From Formosa sp. Hel1_33_131 (GTDB lineage Bacteria; Bacteroidota; Bacteroidia; Flavobacteriales; Flavobacteriaceae), in assembly GCF_001735745.1 (NCBI RefSeq), contig NZ_CP017260.1:1-32000 (forward strand): a DNA stretch of 32,000 bases, written 5' to 3'. Below the pieces are notes generated by a model. The model ran no database searches and was not told where the DNA came from. It saw nothing but the letters and a program-made list of their open reading frames with translations. This document shows, piece after piece, positions 19,440 through 26,984 of the stretch. The position numbers and the translations under genes were made by a program. The first letter of the stretch is position 1, and each line of letters opens with the position of its first letter.

Positions 19440-19794
19440 TCAACAAACTTTATAGGATTATTTTTGACAAAATTATAAGGCGATAAAGATAAGTTTTGAG
19501 GAATTTCAGCTAAAGGGTCAAGGTTCATCCAACGTCCCAAAGCAGGATCATAATTTCTTGCAGAGACATCGTACCAATCCAATCCAATCCGAGTTCTTCC
19601 CCAGACTCTTTACCTCCAAATTTAAAACGTGACGCCACGCTATTTCTAAAGGCGCTCATGTTATTATTGTACCCTTTATGTTCAAGTCCAAAGGGATAGA
19701 AGCCCCCCGTCTTTTTTAAGGGCTTTACCTCTTTTTTTGAGTATGCCAACCTTAAATTTGGTACAGTTTCAATATGTAATTTTAGACAACCCAT
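19440..19794 (-). pseudogene. Orphan RHS/YD repeat-associated core fragment, frameshifted and 3'-truncated
   Basis: FYPFGLEHKGYNN...FKFGGKESGEELGLDW, then in the +1 frame YDVSARNYDPALGRWMNLDPLAE...SPYNFVKNNPIKFVD. The frame break is at (CCAAT)3 19574-19590. The ORF runs into element copy A. Confidence 0.7.
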
Positions 19795-19872
19795 GTGCTA
19801 TTCCTAAACTAATTCTTTGTCATGAATTGACCTAATGTTTCTCTAAAAATCATACGTTTGGAATGATTTATG

Positions 19873-19896
19873 TATCTTTGTTTATCTAAAAGATAA
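19873..19896 (+). promoter_or_regulatory. Putative TA promoter -7 box TATCTTTG (19873-19880) and palindrome TTATCT-AAA-AGATAA (19882-19896)
   Basis: The TAnnTTTG match lies 20 nt before ATG 19901, with the palindrome between the box and the start. I found no well-spaced -33 element. Confidence 0.35.
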
Positions 19897-19900
19897 TATT

Positions 19901-20149
19901 ATGGGAGCATTAGAATTAAGAGCTAAACTGATAGAACAATTTAATTTGTTTATACAAGACGATTCAAAACTTATAGCTTTAGATGGTGTTTTTGATTCTA
20001 TTAATACATCTACACAAGCCCCATCTATTATTCCAGAGGAACATTATAAAATTGTTGAAGAACGTCGTCGCAAATATCATGCAGGAGAAACAAGTGGTTC
20101 TACTTGGGACGAAGTCAGACAAAAATTGAGAAATAAGTATGGGTTCTAA
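19901..20149 (+). CDS. Addiction-module antitoxin (Unstab_antitox-like)
   Basis: 82 aa. The C-terminus IIPEEHYKIVEERRRKYHAGETSGSTWDEVRQKLRNKY fits the 'putative addiction module component' pattern (…Y..g…g.sWeEVk.kL). It overlaps the toxin by 11 nt. Confidence 0.75.
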   Translation: MGALELRAKLIEQFNLFIQDDSKLIALDGVFDSINTSTQAPSIIPEEHYKIVEERRRKYHAGETSGSTWDEVRQKLRNKYGF

Positions 20150-20432
20150 ATTAATCATTGAACTTGAAGCGCAAATAGAAATTGATAAAGCAATAGAATG
20201 GTACGAGTCCAAGCAAATTGGATTAGGTGCAGATTTTTTCAATTATTTAGATGGCTATTTTCAAACCCTAAAAAATGGTGAGGCATTATTTGAAATAAAG
20301 AGAAAGCCAGTCTTTCGAGAACTTCCGTTAAAAAGATTTCCTTACATAATTATATACGAAGAATATCAAAATCAGGTGATTGTATATTCTGTATTTAATA
20401 CTTTTCAAGACCAAAATAAAAAAACGAAATAA
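20139..20432 (+). CDS. RelE/ParE family toxin
   Basis: 97 aa. AQIEIDKAIEWY...GLGADF...LKRFPYIIIYEE..QVIVYSVFN matches the ParE-type pattern (FPYxIxY). Confidence 0.8.
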   Translation: MGSKLIIELEAQIEIDKAIEWYESKQIGLGADFFNYLDGYFQTLKNGEALFEIKRKPVFRELPLKRFPYIIIYEEYQNQVIVYSVFNTFQDQNKKTK

Positions 20433-20461
20433 ATTTCATTTTTATTATTCAGAATAAGGTA

Positions 20462-20746
20462 TTATCTGTTTAAACTTTTATATCCATCTACTCCATGTTC
20501 TTGTGCAAATTGACGAGCTACCATATGCCCTTCAAAGTGAACTTCTCTTTCTCCCCAAATACTCCAAATAAATTTATAATTGTTATCCTTAAGAAATTTA
20601 TTAAATAAGTCTTTCCTTAAATAGACAAAATGTTGATTAGAATTATAGTCGTCATAATTCCTAAGATTAATTGACGCTAAATCTCCATTCCTTTCGTAAA
20701 GATTAAAAGTTTGTGGAACATCAATTAAATCTAAATGAAATGCAAT
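20462..20746 (-). pseudogene. 5'-truncated ORF remnant of unknown function
   Basis: A 94-codon open frame (IAFHLDLIDVPQTFNLYERNGDL...IWSIWGEREVHFEGHMVARQFAQEHGVDGYKSLNR*). A TAA lies immediately upstream and there is no ATG/GTG/TTG until codon ~75. Confidence 0.4.
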
Positions 20747-20801
20747 TTATTTTGCTACAACATTCTGATGACCTGCCTGATTAACAGAACTATGATAGCT
20801 C

Positions 20802-21047
20802 TCCCCGGATACCGCACGAATCCTTTCGTGTGGTGATTTAACATTCTAAAAACCAGCACATCATCTATAAATCCTTTTTGATCTGCATAATCAACGGCAC
20901 TACTATAAACATATTCTTCTGGATTATGAAATTTATAATTTCTACTCATCTAACCTCCTTCTTAAATTTAAAATACAATTCTTTGTTTTTATCAAACTCG
21001 TTACTTTTCTTTATGACCACACGAAAGGATTCGTGCGGCAGCGAGGG
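20802..21047 (-). mobile_element. Miniature RAYT-like element, copy B
   Basis: Matches copy A over ~237 bp with 2 substitutions plus a small indel at the left tip, in the same orientation. It contains ORF 20755-20949 (MSRNYKFHNPEEYVYSSAVDYADQKGFIDDVLVF...). Confidence 0.7.
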
Positions 21048-21077
21048 ATAAAAAGTAAAATGAGAATTTTAAGTTTC

Positions 21078-21095
21078 ATAATAATAATAATAATA
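21078..21095. repeat. (ATA)6 microsatellite
   Basis: Read directly: ataataataataataata. Confidence 0.9.
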
Positions 21096-21192
21096 GATTT
21101 AGGAACTCTAAAGTTATAACGAAAAGTTAATTTAAAAAAATGGTTGTCTTAAATTTTAACAATTCGGTAACATACAATTGAAATATATCACA

Positions 21193-21222
21193 CAAAAAAC
21201 CTCCCAATAAAATTAGGAGGTT
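21193..21222 (-). terminator. Rho-independent terminator after sucD
   Basis: On the minus strand: aacctcc-taattttattg-ggaggtt followed by ttttttg. Confidence 0.7.
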
Positions 21223-21246
21223 AGATATTATATAAAAAAGAATTTT

Positions 21247-22119
21247 CTAAGCCAGCACTTCTGCTACTTTCTTCCCAATTTCTGCAGGAGATTCCACAAC
21301 GTGGATACCACATTCTCTCATGATTTGCTTTTTAGCTTGGGCAGTGTCATCACTTCCACCAACAATAGCACCAGCATGTCCCATCGTACGTCCGGCAGGT
21401 GCCGTTTCACCAGCAATAAATCCAACTACTGGTTTTTTGCTACCGCTTTCTTTATACCATTTGGCAGCATCTCCTTCAAGTTGCCCACCAATTTCACCAA
21501 TCATCACCACACATTCGGTTTCTGAATCGTTGATAAGCATTTCTAAAGCTTCTTTGGTTGTGGTTCCAATAATTGGGTCGCCACCAATTCCAATCGCAGT
21601 GGTAATTCCTAACCCTTGTTTCACTACTTGATCCGCTGCTTCATAAGTTAAAGTTCCTGATTTAGAAACAACACCAACTGTTCCTTTTTTGAAAACAAAT
21701 CCAGGCATGATGCCTACTTTTGCTTCTCCGGGTGTAATCACCCCAGGGCAGTTAGGACCTACCAAACGGCAGTCTTTTCCACTAATATAGTTAGAAGCCT
21801 TGATCATATCGGCTACGGGAATTCCTTCGGTAATTGTAATAATCACTTTAATACCAGCATCGGCTGCTTCCATAATAGCATCGGCTGCAAAAGCGGGTGG
21901 TACAAAAATAATGGTTGTATCCGCTCCTACTTTCTCTACCGCTTCTTGAACGGTATTAAAAACAGGTTTATCTAAATGTGTTTGTCCACCTTTTCCGGGC
22001 GTTACACCACCCACAACGTTCGTTCCGTAGTCAATCATTTGTGAAGCATGAAATGTGCCTTCACTCCCCGTAAATCCTTGAACTATTATTTTTGAATCTT
22101 TATTTACTAAAACACTCAT
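21247..22119 (-). CDS. sucD: Succinate--CoA ligase subunit alpha
   Basis: 290 aa. MSVLVNKDSKIIVQGFTGSEGTFH and the phosphohistidine loop GHAGAI. Confidence 0.95.
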   Translation of the reverse strand: MSVLVNKDSKIIVQGFTGSEGTFHASQMIDYGTNVVGGVTPGKGGQTHLDKPVFNTVQEAVEKVGADTTIIFVPPAFAADAIMEAADAGIKVIITITEGIPVADMIKASNYISGKDCRLVGPNCPGVITPGEAKVGIMPGFVFKKGTVGVVSKSGTLTYEAADQVVKQGLGITTAIGIGGDPIIGTTTKEALEMLINDSETECVVMIGEIGGQLEGDAAKWYKESGSKKPVVGFIAGETAPAGRTMGHAGAIVGGSDDTAQAKKQIMRECGIHVVESPAEIGKKVAEVLA

Positions 22120-22202
22120 CTGGTTTTGTTTTTATTAGTTTTTTAACTGCTGCAAATGTAATTTTTTGAATGGAAATTTTAAAGGTTTTAGCATTTAAAA
22201 TT

Positions 22203-23147
22203 CTATCCATTTTTATTTTGTTTTAATTCTTGAATGATCTCTGGTAATTTACGAAGTAATGCCAATTCTTTTAGTTTGGTTCGCGCCTCTTCAATGGGTG
22301 TTCCAAAGTATGTTTTGCCGCCTTCAATTGATTTTGAAACGCCTGTTTGGCCCAAGACAACCGCTTTAGCGCCAATAGTGATTCCACTCGTGGTGCCCAC
22401 TTGTCCCCAAATAGTGACATCATCTTCAATAACACAACAGCCAGCAATGCCCGTTTGAGACGCAATTAAGCAGTTTTTTCCGATCAGAGTGTCATGCCCC
22501 ACCTGAATCAAATTGTCCAGTTTAGAGCCTGCTCCGATAGTTGTGTCGCCAGTAACGCCACGATCAATGGTACAAGAAGCACCAATATGAACCTCATTTT
22601 CAATGATGACACGACCACACGATTGTAATTGATCGTAACCTTCGGGACGTTTCTTATAATAGAAAGCGCTAGCTCCTAAAACTGTATTTGCATGAATAAT
22701 GACATTATCTCCAATAATAGTTCCATCATATATACTTACGTTAGAATGGATTGTACAATGGTCTCCAATCACCACATTGTTTCCAATAAAACAGTTGGGT
22801 TGAAGGGTTGTGCCAGTTCCAATTTTTGCGGAGTCTGAAATCGGTTTATGAGATGCTTGAAAGGGTTTAAAATGCGCCGTGAGTTTGTTGAAATCTCTAA
22901 ATGGATCGTCAGAAATTAGGAGTACTTTTCCTTCTGGACATTCCACTTTTTTATTGATAAGTACCACCGTTGCTTTAGAAGCAAGGGCTTTATCGTAATA
23001 TTTTGGATGGTCCACAAAGACGATGTCACCAGCAGATACCACGTGAATTTCATTCATACCCAATACTTCAAAGTTTGGATCCCCTACATATTCACACTCA
23101 ATCAGGGATGCAATTTCTTTTAAGGCCTGTGGCTGAAGAAAGTTCAT
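22203..23147 (-). CDS. lpxD: UDP-3-O-acylglucosamine N-acyltransferase, short paralogue
   Basis: 314 aa. LpxD-like N-terminal domain plus left-handed beta-helix hexapeptide repeats. This is the second lpxD-like gene in the cluster. Confidence 0.8.
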   Translation of the reverse strand: MNFLQPQALKEIASLIECEYVGDPNFEVLGMNEIHVVSAGDIVFVDHPKYYDKALASKATVVLINKKVECPEGKVLLISDDPFRDFNKLTAHFKPFQASHKPISDSAKIGTGTTLQPNCFIGNNVVIGDHCTIHSNVSIYDGTIIGDNVIIHANTVLGASAFYYKKRPEGYDQLQSCGRVIIENEVHIGASCTIDRGVTGDTTIGAGSKLDNLIQVGHDTLIGKNCLIASQTGIAGCCVIEDDVTIWGQVGTTSGITIGAKAVVLGQTGVSKSIEGGKTYFGTPIEEARTKLKELALLRKLPEIIQELKQNKNG

Positions 23148-23148
23148 A

Positions 23149-23715
23149 CTATTCTTTAATACGTTCTTTGTACGATCCTTTGGCAGTCTCTACTTTAATT
23201 TTATCACCTTCATTAATAAATAAAGGAACCATCACCGTTGCACCAGTTTCTACTGTGGCGGGTTTAGTCGCATTGGTCGCTGTATTGCCTTTGATGCCTG
23301 GTTCTGTTGAAGTCACTTCAAGAATAACACTCGCTGGTAAATCTACCGAAAGTGGAGAGCTATCTTCTGTATTGATGAGCACCGTTACAACTTCGCCTTC
23401 TTTCATTAAATCGGGACTGTCTAAAACTGCTTTTTGGAGTTCTATTTGGGAGTAATCGGCTGTATTCATGAAATGAAACGTTTCCCCATCATTGTATAAA
23501 AATTGAAATTTATGCGTTTCCACTCTGACTTCCTCAATCTTGTGTCCTGCTGAAAAGGTATTGTCTATCACTTTTCCATTAGTGACACTCTTCATTTTGG
23601 TTCTTACAAACGCTGGCCCTTTTCCAGGTTTCACGTGTAAAAATTCAATCACTTTAAAAATATCGTGACTATATCGTATGCATAATCCATTTCTAATATC
23701 TGATGTACTTGCCAT
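23149..23715 (-). CDS. efp: Elongation factor P
   Basis: 188 aa. MASTSDIRNGLCIRY...HVKPGKGPAFVRTKMK is the canonical EF-P N-terminus. Confidence 0.95.
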   Translation of the reverse strand: MASTSDIRNGLCIRYSHDIFKVIEFLHVKPGKGPAFVRTKMKSVTNGKVIDNTFSAGHKIEEVRVETHKFQFLYNDGETFHFMNTADYSQIELQKAVLDSPDLMKEGEVVTVLINTEDSSPLSVDLPASVILEVTSTEPGIKGNTATNATKPATVETGATVMVPLFINEGDKIKVETAKGSYKERIKE

Positions 23716-23723
23716 ATGTGTGT

Positions 23724-24509
23724 TTAATTAGATTTAAAATATCCTTTCATAATTCCACGATGAGAATTTTTGATGAATTGTAAAATTTCATCACGCTCTG
23801 GAGTGGCTTCCATTTCAGCTTCAATAATTTCGGAAGCTTGAGAATTGTTATAATTTTTTTGATAGAGTAATCGGTATATATTCTGTATTTCTTTAATCTT
23901 ATCCGAAGTAAATCCGCGACGTCTGAGTCCTACCGAATTGATTCCAACATAAGACAAAGGCTCTCTTGCGGCCTTTACATAAGGGGGCACATCTTTACGA
24001 ACCAAAGATCCTCCTGTAACAAAGGCGTGATTTCCAATAGAACAGAACTGATGTACAGCAGTCATTCCGGCCAATACAACAGAGTCGCCAACTGTGGTGT
24101 GTCCAGCGAGTGTACTATTATTTGAAAATATACAGTTATTTCCAACGGTACAATCATGCGCAATATGGCAATAGGCCATAATCAAACAATTATCTCCGAT
24201 GACGGTTTTCATTTTATCTGTAGTTCCACGATTGATGGTGACACATTCTCTTATGGTAACATTATTTCCAATAACAACAGTGGTGTCTTCATCGTCATAT
24301 TTAAGATCTTGTGGCATTGCAGAAATGACAGAGCCAGGGAAAATACTACAATTTTTTCCGATGCGCGCACCTTCCATAATTGTAACGTTTGATCCGATCC
24401 AAGTCCCCTCTCCTATCACAACATTGTTATTGATCGTGGTAAAAGGTTCTATCACCACATTTTTGGCAATTTTTGCTCCAGGGTGTACGTATGCTAAAGG
24501 TTGATTCAT
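23724..24509 (-). CDS. lpxA: Acyl-ACP--UDP-N-acetylglucosamine O-acyltransferase
   Basis: 261 aa. Hexapeptide repeats plus the helical C-terminal domain typical of LpxA. Confidence 0.95.
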   Translation of the reverse strand: MNQPLAYVHPGAKIAKNVVIEPFTTINNNVVIGEGTWIGSNVTIMEGARIGKNCSIFPGSVISAMPQDLKYDDEDTTVVIGNNVTIRECVTINRGTTDKMKTVIGDNCLIMAYCHIAHDCTVGNNCIFSNNSTLAGHTTVGDSVVLAGMTAVHQFCSIGNHAFVTGGSLVRKDVPPYVKAAREPLSYVGINSVGLRRRGFTSDKIKEIQNIYRLLYQKNYNNSQASEIIEAEMEATPERDEILQFIKNSHRGIMKGYFKSN

Positions 24510-24537
24510 GTTGTTCGTTTTTTGATGTAAAACAGAT

Positions 24538-25941
24538 TTATTTAACTTTCGTTATTTGAGCCATTAATTCGGCCTCAGCACATAATTTTCCATTGGCATA
24601 GGCATAGCCTTGCATGTGACAAATCCCTCTTCTTATAGGAGTGATTAGTGTACAATTGAATATAAGCGTGTCTCCTGGTACCACTTTTTGTTTGAACTTC
24701 ACATTGTCCATTTTCATGAAAAAAGTAAGGTAATTTTCTGGATCAGGAACGGTATTTAAAACCAGTATTCCACCTGTTTGCGCCATCGCTTCAATAATTA
24801 AAACACCGGGCATTACGGGAGCTCCAGGAAAGTGTCCCACAAAGAACGATTCATTCATTGTCACATTCTTACATCCAATCACATGGTTTTGAGATAATTC
24901 ATAGACCTTATCTAAAAGTAAAAAAGGTGGACGGTGTGGCAACATATCCATAATGGCATTTACATCCATTAATGGGGGTTGATTTAAATCGATATTAGGA
25001 ACATTATTACGACGTTCCATTTTAATGATTTTAGATATTTTTTTCGCAAATTGAGTATTTACAAAATGACCTGGTTTATTCGCAATAACCTTCCCTTGAA
25101 TACGCGTCCCAATAAGGGCTAAATCCCCTATAACATCCAAAAGTTTATGACGTGCAGCTTCATTAGGAGAATGCAATGTAAGGTTGTCCAAAATCCCATT
25201 GGGCTTCACTGAAATAGAATCTTTATTGAAGGCTATTTTTAAACGCTCCATCGTTTCTGTTGAAATGGGCTTATCCACATAAACAATGGCATTGTTTAAG
25301 TCACCGCCTTTAATCAATCCATTCTCAAGGAGCATTTCTAATTCATGTAAAAAACTAAAAGTACGTGATTCTGAAATTTCTTTTTTGAAATTTGATAAAT
25401 GCTGTAGGGTTGCATTTTGAGTTCCCAATACTTTGGTTCCAAAATCGACCATTGTTGTGACCTGATATTCATCAGACGGGATGATCGTAATTTCACTACC
25501 CGTTTCTTCATCGGAGTAAGAAATAACATCTTTAACCACAAACACTTCTCTGTAAGCTTCTTGCTCTTTAGTCCCCGCAGTTTCTAAAGCTTCTATAAAA
25601 TACTTCGAAGACCCATCCATAATTGGAGGTTCTGAAGTGCTTAACTCTATGACAACATTATCAATCTCAAGTCCCACAAGTGCAGCGAGCACGTGTTCAC
25701 ATGTTTGTATCGTGACCCCATTTCTTTCTAAGCAAGTCCCACGTTGGGTATTCGTTACAAGATTGGCATCTGCTTTAATCATGGGCAGACCTTCTAGGTC
25801 AATTCTCCTAAAAGTATATCCATTATTAATATCAGCAGGAAGGAAGTTTATTTCGACTTCTAAACCAGTATGAAGTCCCACACCTTTTAAAGATACTTTT
25901 TTGGAAATCGTTGTTTGTTTCGATTCAGATTTAATAATCAT
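24538..25941 (-). CDS. lpxC/fabZ: Bifunctional UDP-3-O-acyl-GlcNAc deacetylase / 3-hydroxyacyl-ACP dehydratase
   Basis: 467 aa. N-terminal LpxC (GVGLHTG...) fused to a C-terminal FabZ hotdog (LPHRPPFLLLD...GHFPG.PVMPGVL). This fusion is typical of Bacteroidota. Confidence 0.95.
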   Translation of the reverse strand: MIIKSESKQTTISKKVSLKGVGLHTGLEVEINFLPADINNGYTFRRIDLEGLPMIKADANLVTNTQRGTCLERNGVTIQTCEHVLAALVGLEIDNVVIELSTSEPPIMDGSSKYFIEALETAGTKEQEAYREVFVVKDVISYSDEETGSEITIIPSDEYQVTTMVDFGTKVLGTQNATLQHLSNFKKEISESRTFSFLHELEMLLENGLIKGGDLNNAIVYVDKPISTETMERLKIAFNKDSISVKPNGILDNLTLHSPNEAARHKLLDVIGDLALIGTRIQGKVIANKPGHFVNTQFAKKISKIIKMERRNNVPNIDLNQPPLMDVNAIMDMLPHRPPFLLLDKVYELSQNHVIGCKNVTMNESFFVGHFPGAPVMPGVLIIEAMAQTGGILVLNTVPDPENYLTFFMKMDNVKFKQKVVPGDTLIFNCTLITPIRRGICHMQGYAYANGKLCAEAELMAQITKVK

Positions 25942-26969
25942 GATTTAAGGGTTTTTTCTAATGTATTAACGGTCTTTACAATATTTGGTAGGTTCTTGAA
26001 ATGAATGTATGATTTATAATAATCTCTAAAAGAAAATGCTGGAGATCCTTGCAAGACTTCGTTGTCTTTAATATTATGTCCGATGCCTGACTGTGCTTGG
26101 ATTTTCACATTGTTTCCAATGACGATATGCCCTGCAACTCCGACCTGTCCACCAATTTGACAGTTCGTACCAATTTTGGCAGATCCCGCAATGCCTGTTT
26201 GGGCAGCAATCACTGTATTCTCTCCAATCACCACATTATGTGCTACTTGAATGTGATTGTCAAGTTTTACGCCTTTTTTTATGAGGGTCGATCCAAGCGT
26301 AGCGCGGTCAATAGTCGTGGCAGCTCCGATATCTACATGGTCTTCAATAATGACATTTCCAATTTGTGGTACTTTTTGATACGCGCCAGTTTCATCGGGG
26401 GAAAATCCAAATCCGTCAGCTCCAATCACCGCCGCAGAATTGATAAAACAATGCGCACCAATCACACAATCAGAATAAATTTTAACACCAGAAAACAAGG
26501 TCGTATGTGATCCGATGGTAACATTATCTCCAATAAAAGTATTTGGATAAATTTTCACGTGATCGCCTATCACTACATTTTCACCAATATGAGAAAATGC
26601 ACCAATATAAACAGCTTCGCCATAAGTGGCTGAATCTGAAATAAATATAGGAGATTCAACCCCTAATTTATTGTTTTTTATATGGTTGTAATACTCCAAT
26701 AATTTAGAAAATGAACTGTACGCATTTTCAACTTTGATGAGTGTGGCTTCTATTTTCTGTTCAGAAACAAAGTCCTGACCGACGATGGCTATTGAAGCAT
26801 GAGTCGTGTATATATAAGGAGTGTATTTTGGATTTGCTAAAAAAGTAAGGGAGCCTTCAGCTGCTTCTTCAATTTTGGAAAGTGTATGGACTTCAACATC
26901 CGGGTTTCCAATAATTTCTCCGTTTAATATCTCTGCTATTTGTGTGGCTGTAAATTTCATTACTTGCAA
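25938..26969 (-). CDS. lpxD: UDP-3-O-acylglucosamine N-acyltransferase
   Basis: 343 aa, canonical LpxD length and hexapeptide repeats. ATGA overlap with lpxC/fabZ. Confidence 0.9.
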   Translation of the reverse strand: MQVMKFTATQIAEILNGEIIGNPDVEVHTLSKIEEAAEGSLTFLANPKYTPYIYTTHASIAIVGQDFVSEQKIEATLIKVENAYSSFSKLLEYYNHIKNNKLGVESPIFISDSATYGEAVYIGAFSHIGENVVIGDHVKIYPNTFIGDNVTIGSHTTLFSGVKIYSDCVIGAHCFINSAAVIGADGFGFSPDETGAYQKVPQIGNVIIEDHVDIGAATTIDRATLGSTLIKKGVKLDNHIQVAHNVVIGENTVIAAQTGIAGSAKIGTNCQIGGQVGVAGHIVIGNNVKIQAQSGIGHNIKDNEVLQGSPAFSFRDYYKSYIHFKNLPNIVKTVNTLEKTLKS

Positions 26970-26984
26970 AAGTAAAAAAAATTA

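Noticed and set aside
19270-19455. 61-aa + strand ORF inside mini-element A
   Set aside because: The recognisable coding remnant (MSRNYKFHNPE...) is on the opposite strand. The + strand ORF spans the hairpin terminus and is not conserved as an ORF in copy B.
21060-21119. 19-aa ORF MRILSFIIIIIIDLGTLKL spanning the (ATA)6 microsatellite, possibly a small hydrophobic toxin or an Ile leader peptide
   Set aside because: It has no promoter or RBS signal, and no downstream + strand gene for it to regulate. The Ile run is simply the microsatellite read in frame, so this is most likely chance.
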